Notes under the pieces: generated by a model
Seen by the model: the letters and a program-made list of their open reading frames with translations, nothing else
What the model was told of the DNA's origin: nothing
Database searches by the model: none
Part shown: positions 16,966 to 25,478 of the stretch, in pieces
Layout: the number at the start of each line of letters is the position of its first letter
Numbering within the stretch: position 1 is the stretch's first letter
Virus record (IMG/VR): IMGVR_UViG_3300032205_000001
Location: 1-44,217 of that record
DNA length: 44,217 nt
Origin: a virus
Lineage: Duplodnaviria > Heunggongvirae > Uroviricota > Caudoviricetes
Direction: 5' to 3' (one strand)
Made by a program: the position numbers and the translations under genes

Positions 16966-17497
16966 GGTGCGTCCAATCGCTGACGATACTGTCGAATTTG
17001 ACCGTAATTGTCTTGCCGTTTTTGGTGTTCTTCATCAGGTAGAACACCGGACGCGCACCGTTCGGAACGGATTTCCAGCCGACACAGGCGTACTGCACAC
17101 GCCGGCTTCCTCGACGAGCCCAGACGCCGTCCTTGGTGGCCAGCTCTTGGGTGTACGCCTCAGCGCGGTCTTTGGGCTTTGGGCCATTGATCACGACCTT
17201 GCCGGAGCCTTTGATCACCTGCGTATAGCCGTTCTTCGAGTGACCGTTCTTTGGCGACCCGTGAACTTCGAGCGGCTTGGGTGGTTCGATGGACGGCATG
17301 GTGGCCTTGGCTTCGTTGCCGTCCCACGAGAGTCGGCCGACAGCAATCGCCTTCGGCATGTCGGAGATGATCTCAGCGGCGTATTTCCACGCCAGCGCTG
17401 TGACCTCAACCCGGAAGGCGATTGATAACTGTTCCATGCTCACCACGTACTTGTCGATGAGCCTGTTCGCCTCGTCCATCATCCTCTTGGTCGACAT
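16955..17497 (-). CDS. hypothetical protein (180 aa)
   Basis: Long ORF, AGGAG upstream. Confidence 0.8.
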   Translation of the reverse strand: MSTKRMMDEANRLIDKYVVSMEQLSIAFRVEVTALAWKYAAEIISDMPKAIAVGRLSWDGNEAKATMPSIEPPKPLEVHGSPKNGHSKNGYTQVIKGSGKVVINGPKPKDRAEAYTQELATKDGVWARRGSRRVQYACVGWKSVPNGARPVFYLMKNTKNGKTITVKFDSIVSDWTHHDR

Positions 17498-17502
17498 GTC
17501 GG

Positions 17503-17820
17503 CTACTCCTGGATCCAGGCCTTGTCTTTTTTTGCTTGCTCCGTGATCTCTTTGACGAGGTCACGAAGCAGCTTCGCAGTGGAGTCTTGGTCTTTGACGT
17601 ACGCTTCGCCGGCTCGCTTCTTCAGCTCGGCCATGACCCATTTGAAGCCAAGGTCGAAGCCTTCCTTGCGGCCCTTGTCCCATTCGCGAGACAGACAGGC
17701 GTCGCAGCGAAGCTTGCGTTCGTGCTCGCACGGATCGAACTGTTCGTCTAGTTCTTCCAGCTCTTCGGAGCTGAAAAGCGGCTGCAAATCGGCGATGTGG
17801 TCTTCTTTACGCTTCGGCAA
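17503..17820 (-). CDS. hypothetical protein (105 aa)
   Basis: Coupled ORF. Confidence 0.8.
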   Translation of the reverse strand: MPKRKEDHIADLQPLFSSEELEELDEQFDPCEHERKLRCDACLSREWDKGRKEGFDLGFKWVMAELKKRAGEAYVKDQDSTAKLLRDLVKEITEQAKKDKAWIQE

Positions 17821-18223
17821 TTTGCCGCTCCTGAGCGACGATGATGCACGGATCGTCGAGCTGGTGACCAGGCTTGCGCAGCTCGATCTGCCAATCCCTG
17901 GGAATTGGAATGGTGTCGGTTGGTTCGCCTGTGAAGCCGAAGAGGCCGGCGATCAGTAGAACCGACTGAGGCGAGGGGTAGTCCTTGGGCGTGCTGATGG
18001 ACAGGTGCCGGTAGTAGATCGACTTGCTCGGTCCCAGCGTATAGCTGAACACACAGCGGTATCCATCAGGGATGACCAGCTGCAGGTTCGCGTTGTTGCC
18101 AGGAATGCGGTCCATCCAACCATCGGACTTGTCCGTTGGGTCGAACCGATTGTCTTCAGCGTAATCCAGGATGGCGCCGATGCGCTCCTTGACCACCTCG
18201 TCGATGATGAGGAAGCGCTTCAC
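17807..18223 (-). CDS. hypothetical protein (138 aa)
   Basis: GTG start gives GTGA overlap; RHLSIS motif. Confidence 0.75.
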   Translation of the reverse strand: MKRFLIIDEVVKERIGAILDYAEDNRFDPTDKSDGWMDRIPGNNANLQLVIPDGYRCVFSYTLGPSKSIYYRHLSISTPKDYPSPQSVLLIAGLFGFTGEPTDTIPIPRDWQIELRKPGHQLDDPCIIVAQERQIAEA

Positions 18224-18417
18224 TTGGTGATGTTGAGCAGGCGGCAGCGACCAGCGATGACAGCTGACCGAGCCTCCTTGTTGGTGAGCGCAAAGAAGGC
18301 GAAGCGAGGCCACGAGCGAAACTGCACCATCTTCGATGGTGAGACGCCTGGCGGCTTCGAGACGTCCGTGGCGTAGTGCAGGACGTACTTGGTCTTTGGG
18401 TCAAGCTCGTCGGTCAT
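18220..18417 (-). CDS. hypothetical protein (65 aa)
   Basis: Coupled; promoter upstream. Confidence 0.7.
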   Translation of the reverse strand: MTDELDPKTKYVLHYATDVSKPPGVSPSKMVQFRSWPRFAFFALTNKEARSAVIAGRCRLLNITK

Positions 18418-18623
18418 GGCTTGGTCTTCTCTAGTCCTCTACAAATGGCCCGCTTGATTCTTTCATCGGCAAGCGATTCAGCGTGCGCTCTCAGCTCGCT
18501 CTCGGTCACCGGAACGCCGTAAAGACGCATAGTTCCGCCGGCTTCCTCGACGAGGATGCACAACGCTTTAATGGGGTCCGTCTTGATGAGGACGTCCATC
18601 TCCTCGTCAGACAGCTTTGCCAC
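18414..18623 (-). CDS. hypothetical protein (69 aa)
   Basis: Coupled ORF. Confidence 0.7.
   Translation of the reverse strand: MAKLSDEEMDVLIKTDPIKALCILVEEAGGTMRLYGVPVTESELRAHAESLADERIKRAICRGLEKTKP
18432..18465 (-). promoter_or_regulatory. ECF-like promoter (14-nt leader)
   Basis: TGAAAG-N16-TGTAGA; ATG at 18417. Confidence 0.6.
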
Positions 18624-18981
18624 GCTTCTTCGCTACGGCCTTGGGAAGTGTCGGCTTCTCAGGCTTCTTTTTCTCGGAGGTTTGGCCACGAGCAAGTTTG
18701 ACGGCGTCCTTGTGGCCGGACTTGGCGTCGCGTTCTGACGTGTAACGCTTGCACCACTCGTCGTATGGGCCGCCGAAGATCATCGTCTCCCAGAGCACAG
18801 GCTTGCCCTTGCCTGTGAAGTTGTGGTCGATTCCGAGGAAGACGGTGGAGACGCGGACCTTCCGGCCGATCTGTGTTTCAGCAACGCTTCGGTCGGTATT
18901 TTCGAACCACGCTGCAAACTGGAAGATGTCCACGACCTTCTGCGGTCGTCCCCACTTGTTGAGAATGTAGTTTCGGCTCAT
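18607..18981 (-). CDS. conserved-type phage hypothetical protein (124 aa)
   Basis: VSTVFLGIDHNF..LWETMIFGG..RY motif. Confidence 0.8.
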   Translation of the reverse strand: MSRNYILNKWGRPQKVVDIFQFAAWFENTDRSVAETQIGRKVRVSTVFLGIDHNFTGKGKPVLWETMIFGGPYDEWCKRYTSERDAKSGHKDAVKLARGQTSEKKKPEKPTLPKAVAKKRGKAV

Positions 18982-19241
18982 GGATACACCGTGAATCTGA
19001 TCATGCAGGTTTGCTTGTTCAGGTAATTGGCCATGCGGTACAGAAAGAGAGGATCTCCGAGCGGCGTAAACCTGGGGTATGCCTCGCCCGGATGTGTGTC
19101 CCAGACCATTTCATGCAGGCCACCGCTGTCGACGTGCCGCTTGAGGTCTTTCACCATCCCAGAGTCGCCCACGACTGTGCCGTCCTCGAACAACGTAACG
19201 AGCAGCTTAAGCTCTGGATTTCGGCACTCCATGCGGTTCAT
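18978..19241 (-). CDS. hypothetical protein (87 aa)
   Basis: ATGA coupling. Confidence 0.75.
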   Translation of the reverse strand: MNRMECRNPELKLLVTLFEDGTVVGDSGMVKDLKRHVDSGGLHEMVWDTHPGEAYPRFTPLGDPLFLYRMANYLNKQTCMIRFTVYP

Positions 19242-19435
19242 GGATCCTCGTAGACGATGTGTTTCTCTAACTTTCGGTTCATTTCTTCGACGACAGCATC
19301 CGGATCTTTACCGTTTAGCTCGATACGAGCCCTACATTGGTCGCATGGGCCAAGAAAGCGAATGCAGTCCTCATGGTCGTCGAGCTTCCAGCCGCGCGCG
19401 ATCCAACGAAGCCGAAGCCAGCGGAAGACCGTCAT
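19238..19435 (-). CDS. hypothetical protein (65 aa)
   Basis: ATGA coupling. Confidence 0.7.
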   Translation of the reverse strand: MTVFRWLRLRWIARGWKLDDHEDCIRFLGPCDQCRARIELNGKDPDAVVEEMNRKLEKHIVYEDP

Positions 19436-19776
19436 GGAAAGTTGCCCTCGATGCGCGTTAGATCTCCCGCAACCACACGTTCGCCGATGCAGTTATCGCA
19501 GACCGGATCTGCAGCGGCCTTTGGTGGGTTTTGGACCCAGCGCCACAACGTGCAGTCGTCGTTAGATCCGTAGTGGGCATTGGCCATCCATTCGCCAACC
19601 GTGGAAATGACGCCTTTCTCGGCAAGGCGCAACCGAGTCTCCTCAGTAACCTGCCAGACGTTCGTGGCGCAGCTATCTCCAAGCGTTTCATCGCCATCCA
19701 TGACGCTGCGATGCTTGTTGTTGCACCACTGGCACACGACGGGCCGTTCGAAGCGGCTGTTGTCCTCGGCGATCAC
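19432..19776 (-). CDS. hypothetical protein with CxxC pairs (114 aa)
   Basis: GTGA coupling. Confidence 0.75.
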   Translation of the reverse strand: MIAEDNSRFERPVVCQWCNNKHRSVMDGDETLGDSCATNVWQVTEETRLRLAEKGVISTVGEWMANAHYGSNDDCTLWRWVQNPPKAAADPVCDNCIGERVVAGDLTRIEGNFP

Positions 19777-20147
19777 TTGAACTCCTGAAGCAGCTCTTCG
19801 ATCTCTTCGATTTCATCAACAGCCGAAGTCCAACGTTTGCCGTAGACCGGAACTTTGTCGATGATCGCTTGCTGTTCTTCGGCCTTTTTCTGCAAATAGG
19901 AGCGCACAAGCTTGAAGCCTGCCTTTGTCAGCTGCTTGTGCTTCTTCCTTTTGACCCAGATGACATAGAGGCCGCACGTCTGGCACCGAATCTGCCGGTG
20001 CGTCTTGCTCTTTTCCTCGGCAAAAGCATGCCACTGAAGGTAGCCCTCTGGCTCCTTCGAGTGTTTGCTGCGCGCTGGACAAGTATCCTTGTCGTACAGC
20101 GACTCCTTGAGCTTCTTCCGCATCCGTGAACCAGATGCGTGCAACAT
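19773..20147 (-). CDS. hypothetical protein (about 124 aa)
   Basis: Start uncertain (20147 or 20123). Confidence 0.75.
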   Translation of the reverse strand: MLHASGSRMRKKLKESLYDKDTCPARSKHSKEPEGYLQWHAFAEEKSKTHRQIRCQTCGLYVIWVKRKKHKQLTKAGFKLVRSYLQKKAEEQQAIIDKVPVYGKRWTSAVDEIEEIEELLQEFK

Positions 20148-20161
20148 TCTCGGCTAATTGT

Positions 20162-20665
20162 CTAGGTCTGCTTGATGGACACAGCCGGAGGAGCCGGCTC
20201 CCAGAACTTTAGGCAGTCTTTAAGCGGCAGATACTGCATGGCAATTCCGCGCTCCTTGGCTATCGCCTCGACGTCGACGCTGGTTCCACCGATGTACTCG
20301 GTGCCGTAGACCACCCGGCAGATGCCGACCTGCGCCACCCTCTTGAGGCAGTTGTAACAGGTGCTGGCCGTCGTGTAGAGCGTGCCTCCCAGGAGTGGAA
20401 CGCCGTGCTTTGCAGCTGTGACGATGGCGTTTTCTTCGGAGTGGATAGTACGGACGCAGCTCTGCCGGCCGTTGATCTCCATCATCTCGTGGCCAACCTC
20501 GTCGCAGCTTGGCCAGCCGCTGGGAGCACCACCGTAGCCAGTGGAGAGAATTCTCTTGTCGGCTGATACGACGATGGCGCCAATGCGAGCACGGTCGCAG
20601 GACATCCGCAGCGAAACGGCATCCGCAATGATCATGAAGTAGCTATCCCAGTCAGGTCTCGTCAT
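20162..20665 (-). CDS. dCMP deaminase (cytidine/deoxycytidylate deaminase family)
   Basis: RPDWDSYFM, ILSTGY, HSEENA zinc motif, CYNC, RVVY. Confidence 0.9.
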   Translation of the reverse strand: MTRPDWDSYFMIIADAVSLRMSCDRARIGAIVVSADKRILSTGYGGAPSGWPSCDEVGHEMMEINGRQSCVRTIHSEENAIVTAAKHGVPLLGGTLYTTASTCYNCLKRVAQVGICRVVYGTEYIGGTSVDVEAIAKERGIAMQYLPLKDCLKFWEPAPPAVSIKQT

Positions 20666-20906
20666 CGATGATGTCCTTGATCGTTACCGTGCCGTAGTAG
20701 TCGGTTCTCAGAACTGCCTCTGCATAGCGCGTAGTAAGACCAGGCCGGTTCTTGATAGCCTCGTCGATGGCTCGCTTCAACTCAGCGTCGTGGCAGTCGT
20801 AGCACTCCAGGACGCGACCTATGACCTTGTTCTCAGGATAGAGAACCTGATCGTAGATGACAAAATTAGGCCCTTTGCACTTCGGGCATTCCGTCGGGTC
20901 GGCCAT
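20652..20906 (-). CDS. hypothetical Zn-ribbon protein (84 aa)
   Basis: CPKC...CYDC. Confidence 0.75.
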   Translation of the reverse strand: MADPTECPKCKGPNFVIYDQVLYPENKVIGRVLECYDCHDAELKRAIDEAIKNRPGLTTRYAEAVLRTDYYGTVTIKDIIDDET

Positions 20907-21218
20907 TTAGTCTACGAAGGTAACACGGTCAGGCTGCTGATCGATCATTGTCAGCACGCGCATGATGATGCCTTCGCGTAGTCCCCGGTTTCCACAGTTG
21001 TGGTTGGAACCCCAGATGTCCTCGCCCAGCTCGACGCCAATGGTGATCTTGTAGACGTCGTGCTGTTCGGGCGGTGCTGTGTCCTTGCCGGTTCCGACTT
21101 GAGCATGGAGGTAGTCTTCAAGAAGGTCGATGACCTTCTCATGCTTGGCGTTGGTCTTGATCTGGACCTTGTCCGCCTTCATGTCGAATTCCATCTCGAT
21201 CACGATGTCTGGCTTCAC
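20907..21218 (-). CDS. hypothetical protein (103 aa)
   Basis: GTG start gives GTGA overlap. Confidence 0.75.
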   Translation of the reverse strand: MKPDIVIEMEFDMKADKVQIKTNAKHEKVIDLLEDYLHAQVGTGKDTAPPEQHDVYKITIGVELGEDIWGSNHNCGNRGLREGIIMRVLTMIDQQPDRVTFVD

Positions 21219-21547
21219 GGGATAGCGGTCGCCTTGTAGTTGTTCGAGTCGATGGCGATGTGGTGCAGGTACTGACCAATCCGCTCCCACTTGCGGTTCC
21301 TACCGAAATTGATCTCGGTTTGACTGATGACGCCAAGCTGGACCATCATTTCGGATACGGCGATGAGCTGGCCGATTTCCTTGGCGATCTCAACACGGTT
21401 CAGCTCTGCGTATTGGATCAGTGGATGCTTGGAGTCGATGCCGTGCCGCATCGCCTTCATGATGATTTGCACGATTTCCCCGGACTCCTCTGCGGCACAG
21501 CAAAGGATTTCGTGCTCGTGGGGAGCGAGTTTCGCGAATTGGGACAT
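21215..21547 (-). CDS. MazG-like nucleotide pyrophosphohydrolase
   Basis: AEESGEIVQIIMKAMRHG ... IAKEIGQL, all-helical EExxE...ExxD/Q pattern. Confidence 0.75.
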   Translation of the reverse strand: MSQFAKLAPHEHEILCCAAEESGEIVQIIMKAMRHGIDSKHPLIQYAELNRVEIAKEIGQLIAVSEMMVQLGVISQTEINFGRNRKWERIGQYLHHIAIDSNNYKATAIP

Positions 21548-21783
21548 TACTCAGTCTCACCGCGAAACTCGCCAAAAACGCTCGCCTGTCGATCGGGAAG
21601 CTCTTCGAGCGTCTTAATCATGGTGGCCGCATCCCATTTGCTGAATGGGTTTGGCCATTGGCCGTGCCGGTTGATGGGCTTCCCCTTCTGCTGGCACAGC
21701 TTGAAGATGATGTCCTTCTGCTCCTCAGTCGCAGCTTCGTTCATGAATTCGAAGCCCTTGACCGGAAAGTCCTCGTGTTCCAT
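21547..21783 (-). CDS. hypothetical protein (78 aa)
   Basis: TAATG coupling. Confidence 0.75.
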   Translation of the reverse strand: MEHEDFPVKGFEFMNEAATEEQKDIIFKLCQQKGKPINRHGQWPNPFSKWDAATMIKTLEELPDRQASVFGEFRGETE

Positions 21784-21827
21784 ACCGCAAATGGGTACGA
21801 GGAGCAGGCGTAAATGTCAAACGCGGA

Positions 21828-22433
21828 CTACTTCGCGTCTGCCTGAGGAATGCTCTGCTGTACGGCCGGGAACTCCTTCTGGTAGTCCTCGATCGTAAGG
21901 AACCGAGCAACTTTCTTCCCGAGCCGTCCCTTGTGGACGAACTGCGCCCACGTCTTCTTGCCGATGAACTCCTTCGGGTCGCCGATGCTCAGGTTCTCGA
22001 CGAGGTACGAGAGCATCTCGGCGGCTTCGGAAGAGGCCTCGGGGTCCTCGGTGGTGACGAAGACGTACGGGTTACCCTTCCACTGGCAGGTGCCTTCCAG
22101 CCTCGTCTTGGTTTCGCTGCCCTTGCCCTGTCTCACCGACGTGAACTCGACCATGACCCATCCGCCATCTTCGATGACGTCGGCGATGTTCTGCCGGCCT
22201 TTGGTGAAGTTCCACAACTCCTTCTCGGTCGGTGGAACGACCGCAGCAGGAGGAGCCTTGACCTCAACGAGCTTCGGAGCAGGCGTGTTCTCCTTGAGTC
22301 CGGTCAGTACAGCCTCGACATCAACTGCGTTGATCCGGTGAGCAGCCGAGTGGGCGTGTCGCTCAGGAATGCCGAAGCGCTCGAAGGTCTTGAACAATTC
22401 GATTCTCAGATCCGTCATCTCTTGCGTAGCCAT
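21828..22433 (-). CDS. hypothetical protein (201 aa)
   Basis: Strong SD AGGAGG upstream. Confidence 0.85.
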   Translation of the reverse strand: MATQEMTDLRIELFKTFERFGIPERHAHSAAHRINAVDVEAVLTGLKENTPAPKLVEVKAPPAAVVPPTEKELWNFTKGRQNIADVIEDGGWVMVEFTSVRQGKGSETKTRLEGTCQWKGNPYVFVTTEDPEASSEAAEMLSYLVENLSIGDPKEFIGKKTWAQFVHKGRLGKKVARFLTIEDYQKEFPAVQQSIPQADAK

Positions 22434-22531
22434 TTTAGTGGCCTCCTATGCCCCTTGTTGGGCGCATCGTTGATACGCTCCCCCTCTGACAAATGTCTAG
22501 ATCTGGTCAGCAAACATTCAACATGAAAGCG

Positions 22532-22565
22532 AAAAGGGCCATCGCAATCATCCATGCGATGGCCC
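22532..22565 (-). terminator. Rho-independent terminator after peptidase gene
   Basis: GGGCCATCGCA-N8-TGCGATGGCCC followed by TTTT on minus strand. Confidence 0.75.
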
Positions 22566-22601
22566 AGCGGCGAGCAAACGACTTGTCGTGCTCGTGGAGC
22601 A

Positions 22602-23564
22602 TCAGATCGGCGCGCTGACGACAGCCCAGAAGTCAGAGCACAGGTTCGTGTTCTGGACGTAGTCGTACGACATCCAAAAGTATCCCTGAAGACCCCAGCT
22701 GGGACCCCACGAGTTGCGAACCAGGAACATCTTCTTCGTGTCGTCATAGCCGACGAGCACCACGGCGTGGCCGCCTTCCTGCTGTTCGGTTGCCGTTGGG
22801 AGATGGAGAACTCCCTTCGTGGCCATGTCCTGGCTCATGAAGTAGCTGTAGACGGTGAAGCCGAACTCAATCAGGTAACCCTGCGCGAGCGTCGCCTTCA
22901 TCGTGGCCAGGTCACCGTCGGCGATCGAGTGGTAGCTCGTCACCTTGTGGCCGGCAGCAGCTGTCCAGATCGCTTGTGGCGGGTTCTGGGTGAACTTGCT
23001 GACGTCGTACGGGTATGCAGCCTCGTCGGCCACGCCGTACGTCACGCCGCATTTGATGGCGTCACGGATTGACGCGCCAGAGTCCTCGCCCGTGGTGCCT
23101 TCGATCTTGCGCGTGCCGTAGTACTCGAAGAGACGGCTGACCCGCTCCAATGTGGCCGGCTTCGGCGGAGTGGGCGTTGGCGTAGGAGTCGGGGTAGGAG
23201 CAGGAGCTGATGGCGTCACCGCTACATGAAAACCAACCACGCCGTTGACGTTGGTGATGCTCGAAACAGCGACAGCCGGAGCGCCGGTTGGCGAAACCAC
23301 CGCCTTTGCGTTACCGCCGAGTCTCTTGATCTCGTTGCTCTCAATGAGAGCAGAGAATGCGTTGGCCGTGCAGCTGCCAAGATCACCCTGGTCGACGATC
23401 GGACTGCAGATGTTTCGGTTGTCCCAGCTTGGTGGCGTTGCGGTGAACGCGCTGTGGAACTTGAGGCGGTAGGCCTCGTCCCGTGAGTCGTTCATCTGCT
23501 TCTTCCACCCCGCCATGTGGCGAACGTGGACTGATCCGTCGGCGTGGTGAGCGTTCTTGTGCAT
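22602..23564 (-). CDS. papain-like cysteine peptidase (C1 family) with Pro/Thr-rich insertion
   Basis: DQGDLGSCTANA, GGHAVVLVGYDD, RNSWGPSWG, GYFWM; start MHKNA follows AAAGGGGA (alternative start 23594). Confidence 0.92.
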   Translation of the reverse strand: MHKNAHHADGSVHVRHMAGWKKQMNDSRDEAYRLKFHSAFTATPPSWDNRNICSPIVDQGDLGSCTANAFSALIESNEIKRLGGNAKAVVSPTGAPAVAVSSITNVNGVVGFHVAVTPSAPAPTPTPTPTPTPPKPATLERVSRLFEYYGTRKIEGTTGEDSGASIRDAIKCGVTYGVADEAAYPYDVSKFTQNPPQAIWTAAAGHKVTSYHSIADGDLATMKATLAQGYLIEFGFTVYSYFMSQDMATKGVLHLPTATEQQEGGHAVVLVGYDDTKKMFLVRNSWGPSWGLQGYFWMSYDYVQNTNLCSDFWAVVSAPI

Positions 23565-23640
23565 GCTATCCCCTTTGGGGCATAGCTTATCCACGCATGC
23601 AGATCCAAAATCAAGATCTTTGGATCTACTTAACAGTCGC

Positions 23641-23910
23641 TTATTGGCGCTGTCCTCGAATCAGATCTGCTAGAGCAACCTCTTCCGCTGTTGGTGGACG
23701 ATTGATTTCCGCCAAGTTTACGCGAAGTCCGTTCCAATGCTCTGGGCAGCGCACGTTGACGAGCCTGCCGTTACTGTCGAACTCGTGGCCATTGACGACG
23801 ATGGGTCCAGGACGAATGCATCCACCTCTGTACTCATAGTCGTACGCAACAACAGGACGTCCGCAGATTTGGCAGACGCCACGCGACGGTCTCTTATTGG
23901 GCCCGTGCAT
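23641..23910 (-). CDS. hypothetical protein with CxxC (89 aa)
   Basis: Likely start MHGPN. Confidence 0.65.
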   Translation of the reverse strand: MHGPNKRPSRGVCQICGRPVVAYDYEYRGGCIRPGPIVVNGHEFDSNGRLVNVRCPEHWNGLRVNLAEINRPPTAEEVALADLIRGQRQ

Positions 23911-24139
23911 TGATTTTCTCCATCCTGCAACCCTCACCGATTCCAGGATCTCCAGGCTGGATTTTGTAGATGGGCGTGTACTCGACTTCGCAGATCTGGA
24001 TGTCCTCGCAGCCTTCGTCGAGCAGCTGTAGGGCGATGGTCTTAGCGCTTAGTTCATTGAGCGAATCAAAGCGATAGACGAGCGGAGAGGTGGTCTTGTC
24101 GCCATCCGAGTCTATGTACGTGACGATGTAGCCCTTCAT
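23894..24139 (-). CDS. hypothetical protein (81 aa)
   Basis: Coupled ORF. Confidence 0.75.
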   Translation of the reverse strand: MKGYIVTYIDSDGDKTTSPLVYRFDSLNELSAKTIALQLLDEGCEDIQICEVEYTPIYKIQPGDPGIGEGCRMEKINARAQ

Positions 24140-24567
24140 TTAAGGCCGTGCATCCGACGGCTGGTCCAGTCGTGGAACCGGAAGAAAAACCGCACAGGAA
24201 TGAAGGCGATCAGCGGATGAGCTACCGCATTGTGCAGAACCCACCAGAACGTGTGCCGTGCCCACGGCGTCTTGGCTCGACGGTCGGCGTAGCGCTTCCC
24301 TGATCCATCCTCCGGCGTCTTGAAGCCGAACTCCTGCTGGAGTGGATGAGCCACAGGCGCAGGCGGCGTATCGTCTTTGACGACGCGGAGCGGCACCTTA
24401 TTGAAAGGGAACTCTGACCTCGGCTCCGACTTGGGCAGGGCGCATTTGCCGTCAGGACAACGCCAACCGCCTCCAATCGGCTTGCCATCTGTGCCCGTCA
24501 TACGGACCATGCCCATCCGGTAGTCTTCCTTGCCGCAGAGAGCGCAGGCCACTTCCGTGAAGTCCAT
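24136..24567 (-). CDS. hypothetical protein, N-terminal CxxC, C-terminal HNAVAHP (143 aa)
   Basis: Coupled at both ends. Confidence 0.8.
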   Translation of the reverse strand: MDFTEVACALCGKEDYRMGMVRMTGTDGKPIGGGWRCPDGKCALPKSEPRSEFPFNKVPLRVVKDDTPPAPVAHPLQQEFGFKTPEDGSGKRYADRRAKTPWARHTFWWVLHNAVAHPLIAFIPVRFFFRFHDWTSRRMHGLK

Positions 24568-24812
24568 CAGTTCATCCCCATCTGGTTAGTCATCCCGAAA
24601 GCGCGCTCGATGGTGAGCAGCTCCCAGACCTTGTCGAGCTGCTTCTTGATCTTGACGTTCTCTTCCCACTCGAACTCGAAAATTGTTCCAAGTTCTGGGT
24701 ACTGATCAAGCAGATGAACGCTCTGTTTCCAGGCGAAGTACGTCTTGTACGCTTGGATTTCCCACTTCAGCAGCTTGATTTTCATCCGAGTCATCAGACG
24801 CATAGCGTCCAT
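24567..24812 (-). CDS. hypothetical protein (up to 81 aa)
   Basis: Several in-frame ATGs; start uncertain. Confidence 0.7.
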   Translation of the reverse strand: MDAMRLMTRMKIKLLKWEIQAYKTYFAWKQSVHLLDQYPELGTIFEFEWEENVKIKKQLDKVWELLTIERAFGMTNQMGMN

Positions 24813-24830
24813 TGACTCGCATAACCAAGC

Positions 24831-25040
24831 TCAATTGTACAGCTGTTCCTCGGGGATAAACCTGACAACCTGGCCGGTCACGCTGAGGATAGGGCACTCG
24901 GTGCAAGTCGTGGCGTGGGGGGCTGGCCGCCTCCGCGCAGGCGTTTTCGCCGTTGGTTCGTAGCGCATAAACCTGCAGCAGTGCGCGCATTTCACCCGGT
25001 AGTCTTTGGCGCGGTACTCGTCGAACTTGTTCTTCTTCAT
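24831..25040 (-). CDS. small Cys-rich protein (69 aa)
   Basis: CAHCC...CTEC; ATGA coupling. Confidence 0.7.
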   Translation of the reverse strand: MKKNKFDEYRAKDYRVKCAHCCRFMRYEPTAKTPARRRPAPHATTCTECPILSVTGQVVRFIPEEQLYN

Positions 25041-25297
25041 GACTTCCATTCCTTGGTGAGCAGCGGTTTCCCCTTGGCAGCGCGTTCCTTGTTGATGGCC
25101 GCCAGCGACATACCCCAGGAAAGGTCATAGCAATCGCAGCACAGATCTTTGTGCTCGCTCACGTGGTCGCAGTCGATGATGAACATGCAATGCTTGCAGC
25201 GCACCACGGAATGGATCGGGTGCTCGGGCGTAAGTCCGCAGTCGTTGCACTCGTAGTCGGGCAGGCTGGATGCCCAGCAGAATTCATGTGGCTTCAT
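25037..25297 (-). CDS. Cys/His-rich hypothetical protein (86 aa)
   Basis: Multiple CxxC. Confidence 0.75.
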   Translation of the reverse strand: MKPHEFCWASSLPDYECNDCGLTPEHPIHSVVRCKHCMFIIDCDHVSEHKDLCCDCYDLSWGMSLAAINKERAAKGKPLLTKEWKS

Positions 25298-25478
25298 TCA
25301 GTTCTCGTTGGAATCGTTTCTTCAGCACGGCGCGTTCCTTCATCAGGATGCGCTTCCTGTACTCTTTAACGCCACGAGCTGGCTTTCCGTGAGGTGTGAC
25401 GCCCTTCTCCAGCATGAGAATCTTGGCGCCCTTCGAGATGTCGCCAGGCAGGTGCCCGTGTTTGATGCCGCGTTTCAT
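25284..25478 (-). CDS. basic hypothetical protein (64 aa)
   Basis: ATGA coupling. Confidence 0.7.
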   Translation of the reverse strand: MKRGIKHGHLPGDISKGAKILMLEKGVTPHGKPARGVKEYRKRILMKERAVLKKRFQRELNEAT

